Source: Schmidtea polychroa (lineage: Eukaryota). From it: DNA of 64,000 bases. The stretch is taken from positions 32,302,001-32,366,000 of the forward strand of contig CM097888.1 of assembly GCA_044892525.1 (NCBI GenBank). Reading direction: 5' to 3'. The position numbers were made by a program, and so were the translations under genes. This document shows, piece by piece, positions 32,580-44,159 of this stretch (within the stretch, counting starts at the first letter, position 1; each line of letters begins with the position of its first letter). The notes under the pieces were generated by a model. The model was not told the DNA's origin, did no database searches, and was given only the letters and a program-made list of their open reading frames with translations.

Positions 32580-34313
32580 GTGATAATAATAATAATAATG
32601 ATGAAATGAGTTCTTGTTGCTTTGTTTTTAATAGCATATTGTGATCGATATACTGTTGAAAGTGAATTGTAATAATGATGATTTGGTGTCAGATAATGTG
32701 CAAATTACTGTGTTGAGTTTTTTTCTCACAATATTTATTGTTGATAAATCCACATTTTACAATAAAAAATAAATTATTTTTCTTTGTTGCCATGGTTACA
32801 ATAATAAATCCTTTCCCGTTAAACGTTTTTTTTTAATTAGTGTTTATAGAAATGTTTTTGTCGGGTGTGTATTTTACAGATTTATTCTTTTTTTTTGGAT
32901 TAAATTTTTTTCGGTGATTGTATTTTATATTTTTGAACATTTATAATTAATTTATATTTGTCGGTAGCTTATTTTTTAGTTTTATTGATACTTTTTCTAT
33001 GAGCTAGTGGTTCATTCAGGATTTAATTTGAAACTGGGAGTTGGCTGTGTAACAATGAAATTGCAGCAATTGAAATCTTAAAATCATGAAAATACAATAT
33101 TTGTGCGCATTTTTTCAAAATATTAGAATGTATCAATTGAAAAAACATAAAGAATTTAATTCATTTTTACGAAAATGGTCAATGTGCGCATGATTCAAGA
33201 GATTGTAAATTATTTTTTATTATTTGAAAATATGTATCTAGAAATTTTATTTTTATATCTTGAACATAATTCTAACTAGCTTTTATTTTCTTGTTTTATC
33301 AATTTTTTAAATGGTTGAGTTGTGATTGTGGATTAATTCAACAGATGCTTTAGATGATGGGTTATCATTATGTCGAACGATATACTTTACCGGACCTGCA
33401 GAAAGTTTTTACATATATTGTTATAAAAATATAATAACAAATGAAAACTAAAAATATTTAATTAATTAGATATGCACTGTTAACTATTTTTTCTGATAAT
33501 TATGTAAATTTTCCACAAGTATTTTTTGTATTCACATATTGACAATGGCCTTTCATTTCAATGGTTTATTTTAAATTGTCATCCATCGTAGTTACATCAT
33601 GCAGCCAGTAAAGGTGGTCTGTCCATTCAGTTGTACGTATTTGTTTCACAGATTTTGGAAGCTTTAAAACTTTAAATTATTTTGGGACTTTTACAATTCT
33701 GTTTACTTCCCTGTTAATTGATGACAAGATCTAATTGGTATTTTAGAAAGATTAACAATAAAATCAAACCAAAATTTATGGAACCGAAGATGTATATTGA
33801 AAGAAATGTCTACTTCAATGTTACTTGCTTAAACAAAATATTTGGTTTAATGTAAATATGCAATAATTCAATTAAAAATAATTGTATAATTAAACCGGAA
33901 ATTCAATTTTGAGTTCAAATTAATGAACAAATAGAATTCTGATTGGTTTTTTACGTCTACTATTTTTGAGTCAGGGTACCCATTCGCACTATTACGAACC
34001 TAATTAACTAAAATCAACTTCGTAGAATTGTTCCTATAAAACAAAATATAGCTTAGAAGGGCAATGGCGTGTTAGTTCAGTATTGAACTAATGCATTATC
34101 CGATCTTTAGAGTCATATTACAATTAGGACTCTGGTTTGACACCCACGGCTAAATTATGAATCCAAACCGGTCATTTGCCTATCGAGTTTTGGTCATTAA
34201 CTGAAACTTGACGTCGGTGCGATGATTCCAAAACCAAGTGTAAATGTTAGTAAAAAGTAGAGTAGAGATAGTTATTTGACTTAAGTACACGATTAAACGC
34301 AAATCAAAATAAA

Positions 34314-34623
34314 GAAGGGTCCAGCAATGTCGTAAGTTGAAAATTAGAATGCAGAAAAACAATAAACTTTAAAATATTGGAGGAAAGTTCGATAATCTTA
34401 CTCAGAGATATATATTATTATGATTAAGCTAAAGCAGAAAGCTATTCAAATCATTAAATTGTTTTTGAAGGGTCCAGCAATGTCTTAAGTTGAAAATTAG
34501 AATGCAGAAAAACAATAAACTTTAAAATATTGGAGGAAAGTTCGATAATCTTACTCAGAGATATATATTATTATGATTAAGCTAAAGCAGAAAGCTATTC
34601 AAATCATTAAATTGTTTTTGAAG
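34314..34623. repeat. 153-bp tandem duplication
   Basis: GAAGGGTCCAGCAATGTC... at 34314 and 34467, nearly identical. Confidence 0.9.
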
Positions 34624-34740
34624 TCAGGTACACAAGTCACGTAAAATAGGGGCAGATCCCTGCTCAAATGCTTGAAAGTATTTTGCAATGACTGATACCT
34701 ACAAACAGAATCTGAATAAAAGTAAGATTAATTACTATGA

Positions 34741-34951
34741 TGGGTTACAGATAACCAAAATTATTACTTTTGTGCTGTTTCCAGCGTAACCCAGAATGTA
34801 ATGCTTCCCTAATACACGACACCCGTTGAATGAACAACGTTGGTAATGTGTCCGATGGGCGAAATATAGTAAAAAGTGAGCTCACTCTGGTGAACTATAA
34901 TGAGCTAACATTTTTATGGGTCCATGGACTTTTTATGAAAGATATGTGTCC
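34741..34951 (-). ncRNA. Structured RNA motif, copy B
   Basis: Minus strand: GACAC-ATTACCAA-CGTTG(TTCATT)CAACG-G-GTGTC; TGGGTTAC-GCTG(GAAA)CAGC...GTAACCCA. Confidence 0.6.
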
Positions 34952-35912
34952 GATTTACTTCACGGTCCCTTCTATTGCTCAACGCTCAACGGAAAACATG
35001 AGAATGGTAGGAGAATCAGACTTACATGATTCATTTAAATTGTTATCATAAACGAAAACTAATTAATTATCTCAAGTTTATTCTGCTTGCGAATGGACTG
35101 CTGCATTTTTCCCACTTCAGACTAAAAGACCATAGCATTATTGACCAAATGTTTTAAATTAACCTGTTAAACAGGCATCAGAATTTCGTTAACGTTGTCA
35201 TCTAATTTGATTTATAATTTAACTACAATTTATTATCGTGTTTAAAAATTTTTTATATAACTTCTATTTCTATTATTCCGAGAAACTAAATTAATTTTGT
35301 TGACACAACAAATTGTTCATATTTATAAGACGGAAAACCTATTTATAACATTGCTGACTAAATTGCACCATGAAAATAGTACCCACCAATTTCCAAAAGT
35401 TTAATTGCACCAGCAACTATATCCCATAAAACGAACCACTGTATAAATTACTGATCTAACCAAACACATATCACCGATAAATCATCACAAATTAGTGTGA
35501 GATCAAGTAAATAAACCTTGTAAGTTAATCAACCAAAATTCAATTAATTCTTTGTCAATCTGACTTCAATGAAATAAACTACAATTCAGTTATTCTCCTA
35601 CGTTTCCCATTAGAAAATATAAACTACGCTAACACTAAAATATCTCTGAAAAACAAATCCAACTATTTACGATGTTACAGAATTTGCTTCTCTGTGTGAT
35701 TCATATACTTGTGCCAAATATGATGGTATAATGGGTTAGCTATTTGTTCTATTTTAACTATCTGCTAGATATCGGGTTTTGAAACTTACTCATTAATTAT
35801 TCGATTTAGTTGATTAAACTTGAAGTTTTATTGACACAAGGAAATCACAACGTTTTTTTAAATTCTATTTTTATCACAAAATCTGCATATTAAAACAAAT
35901 TTAATTATGCAA

Positions 35913-38714
35913 TTACATCTCCGCGTGATTTTCATCTTCGTTCTCGATAAAACTGGTTTCAAAATCATCAAGATAACGAGGTCTTTTCGTCCTGCCTCTA
36001 CGTTCATCTCGGCGAAGTGAGTTGAGTATAGGATTGTCTACGTCTGTTAATCCATCATTGTCGTTGTTCTCCACTGACGCTTCGTTGACAGCCGGTCGTA
36101 TGTCGGAATAGTGTCGCGGAATCCCGTTGATCTCGAAATTAGTCGATGAATTTACCTTCGTTACAATCCCTTCACCCCATGTCGATGTGCACTTCGCATT
36201 TGGTGGTTTAACGTAAACTGCATCGCCAACTTGGAATGACGTGTCCTGTGTCTTCTCTTCTGTATAACAAGCGCCAACTCCTTTCCAGCAATATGAAAAC
36301 ACTGATGAAGACGGCGGCGTTCCGCACTTGTCATTGGGTGCTAGGTTATACCAATATACCATTTCCAATATTCCCTTGTTGGTTCTTGCTGCCATGCGTT
36401 TAATTGTACGATGGTTCCGTTCTATTATGCCGTTTCCTGATGGCCGATAAGCACATCGAAACACACATTTCACACCCCATTTGCGACACAGTACTTTCAT
36501 TTGTGTCGAACGAAATGATGTCGCATTATCAATCAACAGCTCATCAGGGGAACCTCGTTCTCTAAAGATCTGTTCAAGATTCCGTGTGATGGTCTCCGCG
36601 TCTTCACATCTTATTTCTCTCCACAGAGCAAAACGACCCGGTCCACAATCAATCATAGTTAAATAAAGCTTACTTAGATAGTGTGTAACATCCATAGCCA
36701 GTCTCTTCCACGTCTCCTTAACGTTTAACTCTCCATGCTCCCATTTTACAGGCGCCGGATCGATAGATTGACATTCTGAACATTCACTAATTATAGCCTT
36801 TACATCCTCAAGTGTAACGTCCGGGCAAAGTTGCTTTGCAAAATACAACGTCTTCTTGGCACCGAAATGGTGCTGTCTATGACTTTCTCGTAACACTTGG
36901 TTCACAACAGCAACAGTGCTTGCAGTTGGTTCGACACACGATTTAACCCATGTCAGCCATTTATTACTGACTCTTGTGAGTGCATCTGCTCTGTTTTTAT
37001 CTGTCGGGACTAACTCGACCGAGATCGTTAAGTCATAGCTTTTTCGTAATTCACAAATGATCTGCAGACGTCTTCGGACTAGCATCTCAGCAATTCCATG
37101 AGTTCGGATTCTGGCAGTATCCGTTAAAACTGAATCTATCCAACTCCTGACGGTAGCGGAATCTGTTACTACAACTAAGTTGCTTCTTTCCCAGCTGATG
37201 GCTAAGTTAATTTCCTTTATCACAGCGTCTAACTCTGCAAGGTTTATATGAGCAAAATCGTTTTTCTTCCTCATCCATGATGCATCTTCGACGATTTTTC
37301 CTGATATTTCTAACGCAACTCCTAATGCCAGATTGCTCGCATCGCACCAGACAATCGTAGATCCGTCCTTGTTTACGTGCCACTCACCAGTCACGGGATC
37401 GCTCTCTTTCACACGATACATCATTTCGTTAACCATTTTTAACGCGATTTTTCCAATCGTATCATCCCACTTACTTCCAGCACTGTGTCGTTTTATATAG
37501 CTACTTGCTACTCTTAACCATCCAGCAACGGGATAGTGCCCAACAAGTTGACCGCAGAGGGAAAATAACTCCCTTCTTGACATAGTTGTAAACGCACTGT
37601 ATGGCAAAATATTTCCACGATGCCACGTACGACCGTTAATACTTGTTTGAAGCTGGAGACCTAGCACTCTTGCATCATCAAACTCTTCCGGTGGCTTTGT
37701 AATTAGCCCGTATGCTGCTAAATGGCCTATTACTTCATTGACGTTGATTCTTGACTGGTTGACAATAATGTCATCAATATAACTATCCGTTGCTTTCCTG
37801 ATATCTTCTCTTAAACTCAGTACCTTCCGTAATATTGTTGACATTATTTTCGGAGCCACATTTAAACCAAAACCGAGTCTCGTTAGAAAGTATCCGTTCC
37901 CTTTGTAACTAACCCTTTGGTGCTCCCATAGGTCTTCATCAACATGTATCTGAAGATAAGCATTTTTAAGATCAATTAACATTACCTGTTCACCCATCAT
38001 TCGCCATCGCCTTAATGATTCGCCACATACATCACTTTGTCCAGTATGGCTACTAACATATTTATTTAGTTCTCGAAAATCCATTACTGGACGAACTTTT
38101 CCTTTGTTTGCTTGCTCTACTGCCAATAACGGAATTTTTCCATACACAACGTCTTTCGTTGGAATTAGCCATCCTTCTTGAATCCACCGTTCAATCTCCG
38201 TGTCAAACTTGTGCTGCAGCCTTGGATCGATTTTATAATTTGAAATTCTATTCAATAGTACAGCTGGTTCTGCTTTCCATTTCCACTTCACCGTCCACTT
38301 GCCGTCACTGAATGCTGCCGAAAAATCACCATCTTCAATTTGCAAATTCTCATTTAACTGATTCTCAGCCACGCACGATACGTTTGCAATACCTGGAAAA
38401 GATACACCGGTCTTGTCAATTTTAAGACCTCCCAGCATCCCTATTACGTCCATTCCTAAAATCATTTCAACATTAAGTGGTAGTTTCATCAACGAAACAC
38501 AATTAACACTCAATAAACTACCACCAACGATCAGCTGAACTTTCACATCACGCATACACTTGACTAGTGATCCATCCACAGTCATGATACTCCCATTCCG
38601 TATAAATTTTTTCTTCGCAATTCTGGCTGACACAACTGATTTGGAACATCCCGAGTCGATCAATGCTTTCACGGACTCCCCATTGATTATGACTGAAATA
38701 AACTGCAGCGCCAT
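35913..38714 (-). CDS. pol: Pol polyprotein (PR-RT-RNase H-integrase)
   Basis: LIDSGCS; DFRELN, IDLKNAYLQI, YIDD; WCDAS/AELDA/VTDS; H-H-C-C, LAMDVT, LIDNATSF, IERNHRTIK. Likely start ATG 38714 overlaps the gag stop. Confidence 0.95.
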   Translation of the reverse strand: MALQFISVIINGESVKALIDSGCSKSVVSARIAKKKFIRNGSIMTVDGSLVKCMRDVKVQLIVGGSLLSVNCVSLMKLPLNVEMILGMDVIGMLGGLKIDKTGVSFPGIANVSCVAENQLNENLQIEDGDFSAAFSDGKWTVKWKWKAEPAVLLNRISNYKIDPRLQHKFDTEIERWIQEGWLIPTKDVVYGKIPLLAVEQANKGKVRPVMDFRELNKYVSSHTGQSDVCGESLRRWRMMGEQVMLIDLKNAYLQIHVDEDLWEHQRVSYKGNGYFLTRLGFGLNVAPKIMSTILRKVLSLREDIRKATDSYIDDIIVNQSRINVNEVIGHLAAYGLITKPPEEFDDARVLGLQLQTSINGRTWHRGNILPYSAFTTMSRRELFSLCGQLVGHYPVAGWLRVASSYIKRHSAGSKWDDTIGKIALKMVNEMMYRVKESDPVTGEWHVNKDGSTIVWCDASNLALGVALEISGKIVEDASWMRKKNDFAHINLAELDAVIKEINLAISWERSNLVVVTDSATVRSWIDSVLTDTARIRTHGIAEMLVRRRLQIICELRKSYDLTISVELVPTDKNRADALTRVSNKWLTWVKSCVEPTASTVAVVNQVLRESHRQHHFGAKKTLYFAKQLCPDVTLEDVKAIISECSECQSIDPAPVKWEHGELNVKETWKRLAMDVTHYLSKLYLTMIDCGPGRFALWREIRCEDAETITRNLEQIFRERGSPDELLIDNATSFRSTQMKVLCRKWGVKCVFRCAYRPSGNGIIERNHRTIKRMAARTNKGILEMVYWYNLAPNDKCGTPPSSSVFSYCWKGVGACYTEEKTQDTSFQVGDAVYVKPPNAKCTSTWGEGIVTKVNSSTNFEINGIPRHYSDIRPAVNEASVENNDNDGLTDVDNPILNSLRRDERRGRTKRPRYLDDFETSFIENEDENHAEM

Positions 38715-39406
38715 TATATTCGTGCTAGAGTAGACGCTGGCGCACGCGCTACTCCTTTGGCATTTCCCGACTCTGAATTCCTGGTACACTCCTTTGCAAT
38801 GTGGCCCTCTTCTGCACATAGCCAACACTTCTTTCCTTGTTTCTTGAAACAACGTTCTTCTAGATGGCCATTCTTTCCGCAATACGAGCATTTCTTTTTC
38901 TTGTCTTGTTTTCCAACGACAGCCGAACACAGTTCCATATTGTCACAGTTTACTAAGACACGAGACTGTTTCAAGACCTCAACAAGAGACATCTGCTGAA
39001 TATTGGCATTTGATCGTAACTGTTGTGATGACACTGCTGGCAAACCCATTATGAATGCGCTTTTAATTATGATTTCGTTATCTATCTTGGCCAGAGATGC
39101 TAAGTTTTTGAGATCATTCAAATAGACATCTACTGGCTCATTGCACCACCTTCGTTCACGGAATCGGTCATAAGCTTGGAACATATCGATCGAATAGACA
39201 TCGATTAAGGCATGTTCGATCTTCAATGCGTTGCCTTTGTCTTCTGTGCTCAAATGCTGATACACTGCAAAAGCTGGTCCATCTAGATATAAAGGAATTA
39301 TTGATTCCAACTCCACGATTCTTTGAATTTTTGCCACTAGCTTGACTTTCTGAATCCACTGTTGAACGTCACCTTCTCCATTGAAAATAGGTATCATCTT
39401 GTCCAT
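38714..39406 (-). CDS. gag: Gag with two CCHC zinc knuckles
   Basis: IPIFNGEGDVQQWI; CSYCGKNGHLEERC and CWLCAEEGHIAKEC. Confidence 0.93.
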   Translation of the reverse strand: MDKMIPIFNGEGDVQQWIQKVKLVAKIQRIVELESIIPLYLDGPAFAVYQHLSTEDKGNALKIEHALIDVYSIDMFQAYDRFRERRWCNEPVDVYLNDLKNLASLAKIDNEIIIKSAFIMGLPAVSSQQLRSNANIQQMSLVEVLKQSRVLVNCDNMELCSAVVGKQDKKKKCSYCGKNGHLEERCFKKQGKKCWLCAEEGHIAKECTRNSESGNAKGVARAPASTLARI

Positions 39407-41888
39407 GATATAGCCGCGATAGCTTGAAGTTTTATTGACACAAGGAAATCACAACGTTTTTTTAAATTCTATTTTTATCACAAAATCTGCATATTAAAAC
39501 AAATTTAATTATGCAATTACAAAACTATTTATTCAGAAATTATTGTTCTATTGCTCGTTAAATTCGATTTCTTTTACTTCGGTTCTTCAGGATTCATGAT
39601 TGATACTGATCTGTCTATATGAGAGTGTATAATTTTATAATTAATGAAGCATATGTGCCTTTTAAACTAGTATTTTGAGCTTTAAACAGAAATTAAAAAG
39701 CCGAAACTAATAATAAAAGTTATCGTGCATAGAATTTCAAAATAAAGGATTAGCGTGCGTTAAAAAGTGAAATTATGAAAAATAGTGTCGGTATTAACAC
39801 TGTTTATATCAGGGGTAGTCAACCCAAATGATCTTGCGGGCCACTTTGAAAAGGCTTCATAAGTCCGCGAGCCACATATAAAATTATGTATCCACATATT
39901 GGAATCTAAGTCATTTATATAAGATATTTTTGAAAAAATGAACGTCATTTGATAGATTTTCATTTTTTAAATTCTTATTTATGCCTCTGTTTATTATAAA
40001 TATATATAGATATGCTTATATGCACATATAACTAAATGGTAAAAACAAAGTAAACTCTTTGAAAATTAAAGATAATAAAAAAACAAGCTTTAAAGTATTT
40101 ATTTTGAAACAATTATTAAAAATTACAATTACATTTTATCTGTGTAAAAATAATCACTATTTTTTAATATAAACAAAAAAACGGCGGGCCGCGGGTTGCT
40201 CATGCGTTTTCGTTGTGTTTGAGTTTAATTTGACTTAATGCTATGTTTTTCGTGTTGTGTTACCGGCCTATTTCTTCAAAATCCTCACAATTAGAGTTTT
40301 GTTTTATCGAATGTCAGTTGTAACTCAACAATTATGTAACTGGTGTGGTTATAGAAAGAAAAAAGGATTGTTAATAACAATGTAAATTCTTCTATCAATA
40401 GTCAAAGAAAAAAGCATTATAAAGATTGTTAATTTTGTTGTTTAAAAGTTGTTAATGAGACTAATGTTTGAATTACGGAAAACTAGAAACCCAAAGAAAT
40501 ACGTTCCAAACTAGAAAATCGAACTGCGCCAGATCTGTTTATCAAATAAAAAAGTTGCCTATCACGTTAATCCATATTCACTCGAAGAGGAGCTGCAAAG
40601 ACCATCAGGCCAATAGACAGTCCAAACACCAGCTCGGCTCCGTCGCGTCCCAAAGTTGTGACCATTTTTACAATCACAAAGGGAACAAATAAGATAGGAT
40701 CAGTGTCTTCTATCGATACCTTGATCGAATGAGTGTCAAAAAGAATTGCCGATATGAATTTTTTCAATGACCACAATTCCACAAAATAATTTTACTTGTT
40801 CAGAGAAATAAATTTTCTCTAACACAAAATTCCTATAATAAAAAATGTTACCAAACTAGCGATCAAATCAATTGTTTCCTTCATTATCATCCAATTAGGC
40901 TTTTAATTTTAAAATAATAAATGATACCACTACTTTCAACATTATACAACATTATCAAAAATCTGAAGATTCTTTTTCCTAGCTTCCCCATAAACGCCAA
41001 TAAAATATTCAAAAAATTTTCTAAGGTTTTAAACATATATCCTCTTTAAAAAATTTTAACTTTTCATGATTAACAAAGATATAGATGGTTTTTCGATTTC
41101 TGAAAAGTTAAAAAATTTTAATGCGAGGTCTTTGTTTAAAATCTTAGAAAAAATTTTGAATAATTTTTGAAAAATACTTTGAAATTTTTTCATAAAATAT
41201 CGGTTTTGTAAAAATGAAATAAAAATAAAAGCCAAAATAGAAATTAGACGATTGTGATCATTAAAAAAATTAATGTTTGACTTGGAAAAATATTAATAAA
41301 AGTTTTCTCTATGGCTCATTGTATTTGTCTCAATGACCTACCATGAGATATAAACCTTTGACATAAACCTTTTGAATAAAAACGATGACTCATACTGAGA
41401 ACACACTCCGTAAATTTTTTACCTTTAGCAACGTGGTGTAGAATTCTAATTTGTTGGGAGAAATAATTTTTCTCGCACTCAAATTTCCTATGATAAAAAA
41501 TGTTATCAAACTAGCGATCAAATCAATCGTTTCGTTCATTATCATTCAATTGTTTTTTTTTAATTTTAAAATAAAGAATTTTCAAGTTATTTTCTTTACA
41601 TTTTTTTTATAAAAAAATCAAAAAAAATCGTATTAAATAAATTAAAATATTGGTTTATGTTCTGAAATGAAAATTAAATTGAAAAAATATTAATAAAAAA
41701 TTGATATTTACAATTCAAAATTTGACTATAAAACTTTTTTTAAATAATAATTCCCATTAAAAATTAAAATTTTGAAATTTAAAAAATAAAATTTTCATTT
41801 TAAATAATTTAAATTTCATAGCAAAACTTGAATAGAAATTTGTTTGTAATACAATTTATAATTATTATTTATTTTAAAAGATTTTATA

Positions 41889-43208
41889 ATGAATAAATCA
41901 AATATTAACACTATTAAGATCAACAGCTCTAATAGCAAAGTTAAACTTATTCCGCAGAACAAATATATTCAGCATCATGAAAAATCGTTTAAAATTAATT
42001 TTATAAAACCAACAGACAACCAATATGATGTTTTACTTTTTCTGAACGATTTTACATCCAATTTCGACTTTAGGGAAAAACCTATATTTATGAAACAATT
42101 TGTGAATAGAAAGGCAATTCGAAATAACAACGAACCAGAATTTGGAGGAGGGAGTACTTTCAGGAAAGAAAGGAAACAAACTAAAACTGAATCTGTCGAA
42201 ATACCAAATTACACTTTGACAATTGACAAGGCCAGTTCTCAAAAGCAACTTAGAACAGCTTCACAAGAAAACAGTTCAAATAAAGGATATTTCTTTTTTG
42301 TTAGAGTAAGCGAATCACAATTTGAGGCACATCCAATTGAAAATTGGTACCGAATCCTCCCGTTCAAAAAGTTAGATGTCAATGTCATTGAGGAAGCAGA
42401 ACGAAATATTTTAGAAAGGAATAAAAAATCCGAACAATATACGAAAATAATTGCAAAAAAATTTGAAACTGAAACAGTTGTAAATGAAATGGCTTTTGGC
42501 GATGAAGTTGAACAATTATCTGATTCAGAAATGCAAGAGGCAAAAATATTAAATAAAAGGAAAAAGGAAAATGTTTTTCAACGCGCAAGACATGGCAAAG
42601 GTAATGCTCATGCTGATGATAGTGACGTTGATGATCATCATGGAGATGAAGTTGATTATATGAGTGATTCTTCGTGTGATGAAGACATTTTATCAGACGA
42701 AGATAAAGAGAAATTATATGAAGCAGTTGAAGTTGATCAAGAACCAACATTAGGAAATAATATTCAAGACAATTCATCTGATGAGTCAGATAATAAAGAA
42801 GAAAAGATAGAAGTTGAGAAGATAGAAGATGAGGAACAAAGTGTTGAAGATGATAGTTCTAATGATTCATCATCTGATGAAGACGATAAACCTCCAATGC
42901 CAACAAAGACTTATTCAGCTCACCAGTCTGCTAATGTCACAATGAAAAGATCACATAATAATAGCTTTTCTATGGAAATTAAAAGACAAAAATTATCCCA
43001 AGAAGAGTGTCAAGAAGACCGGGTCATTAGAGAATTAAAATCGATGCTAACAAATAAAACTGTCAAGGTTACCCATGTATTCAAATCTTTATTGCAGAAA
43101 AACATTTTAGAAAATAATAATAAATGTAAAGCATTACTTTTTAAATGTTTATCTGAACTAAATGCAAAATGTGAAATTATCGATGGTAAAAAGTTTTACA
43201 GTTTGTAA
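41889..43208 (+). CDS. GTF2F1: General transcription factor IIF subunit alpha (RAP74)
   Basis: FGGGSTFRKERK; YFFFVRVSESQFEAHPIENWY; GDEVDYMSDSS; acidic linker; C-terminal winged-helix-like domain. Confidence 0.88.
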   Translation: MNKSNINTIKINSSNSKVKLIPQNKYIQHHEKSFKINFIKPTDNQYDVLLFLNDFTSNFDFREKPIFMKQFVNRKAIRNNNEPEFGGGSTFRKERKQTKTESVEIPNYTLTIDKASSQKQLRTASQENSSNKGYFFFVRVSESQFEAHPIENWYRILPFKKLDVNVIEEAERNILERNKKSEQYTKIIAKKFETETVVNEMAFGDEVEQLSDSEMQEAKILNKRKKENVFQRARHGKGNAHADDSDVDDHHGDEVDYMSDSSCDEDILSDEDKEKLYEAVEVDQEPTLGNNIQDNSSDESDNKEEKIEVEKIEDEEQSVEDDSSNDSSSDEDDKPPMPTKTYSAHQSANVTMKRSHNNSFSMEIKRQKLSQEECQEDRVIRELKSMLTNKTVKVTHVFKSLLQKNILENNNKCKALLFKCLSELNAKCEIIDGKKFYSL

Positions 43209-43458
43209 AAATGAAATTTATTAAATATTTCATTAATAAATGTTTTTTTAAAATGTACTTTTAATTTTTTTTCAAACGATTAAAAAATTCTTTACTTTTA
43301 ATAAATATAATTTAAATGATGTTTTTTTTCAAAAAAATATTATCAAGTGCGGTGGCTTATTTTTGATTTTTTACTTTATTATCAGTGGTCCGACCAAAAA
43401 AGTAGATATTTTGCAGTGACCACAGTCCACAAATTGATTTTGCTTTTTATAATAGCTG

Positions 43459-43672
43459 TGGGTCGCAGGTAATCTACATTTTACCAGTTCGTGTCGTTTC
43501 CGACGTAGCCCCAGTTACAGTGACTTGATTAACCATCCGACACACTTTGACCTATCAATGTTGGTAAAGTATCACATGGATTATTACTCGCGAGAAGTCA
43601 GAGTACCTTTTTACACTATAATCGTAGAGCATTAGAATGGGTTCGAGGACAGCCGATAGAAGGCGTATGCCC
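43459..43672 (-). ncRNA. Structured RNA motif, copy C
   Basis: Minus strand: GATAC-TTTACCAA-CATTGA(TAGG)TCAAAG-T-GTGTC; GTCG(GAAA)CGAC; GCCTTCTATCGGC block as in copy A. Confidence 0.55.
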
Positions 43673-44159
43673 TTCTTTACCTAGGTACTCTTATGCTATG
43701 GTACAATGCCGTGAGCATACTCCCTTATGGCTTCTCCCCCATGTTATAGTGTAAGCCGATAATATCCCACCAGAATTATTTTTCCCATATACCCGAATTA
43801 GACACGAGAATAAACTACATATAAATTTATTATAATTTACACACAACACTAAAATACCGTAATCCAAAACCGCATCGTTCATCATTCACGCAATCACGAT
43901 TTTCCTTTACAAATCAAATAACCAACAAAATTATCTATTCCTGAAACGTTATCTAGAAGGACAGCTTCGAACTGCGTAGTCGTCCACGTTTCAGAGGGTG
44001 TTTCTCACGTCTCAATTAAACCGTAATCAAAGTTTCTACCTGTTGATTCGGCCAGGTCCTTCTGCCACATAGATGTTCGCCGTCGGTATTGGAAATGATT
44101 CCTAGTTCAATTTTTTCTTCGACACGTCATACCTTGCGATTGCGAGATTGATTTCGTTA

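Larger units (their letters stand above)
35821..39521 (-). mobile_element. Intact compact Ty3/gypsy LTR retrotransposon (3701 bp)
   Basis: Identical 97-bp TG...CA LTRs at 35821-35917 and 39425-39521; 5-bp TSD AAACT; intact gag and pol. Confidence 0.97.

Noticed and set aside
38715-38930. N-terminal 72 aa of the 1005-aa pol ORF in the track
   Set aside because: It overlaps gag in another frame and has no domain signal; the protease starts at ATG 38714.
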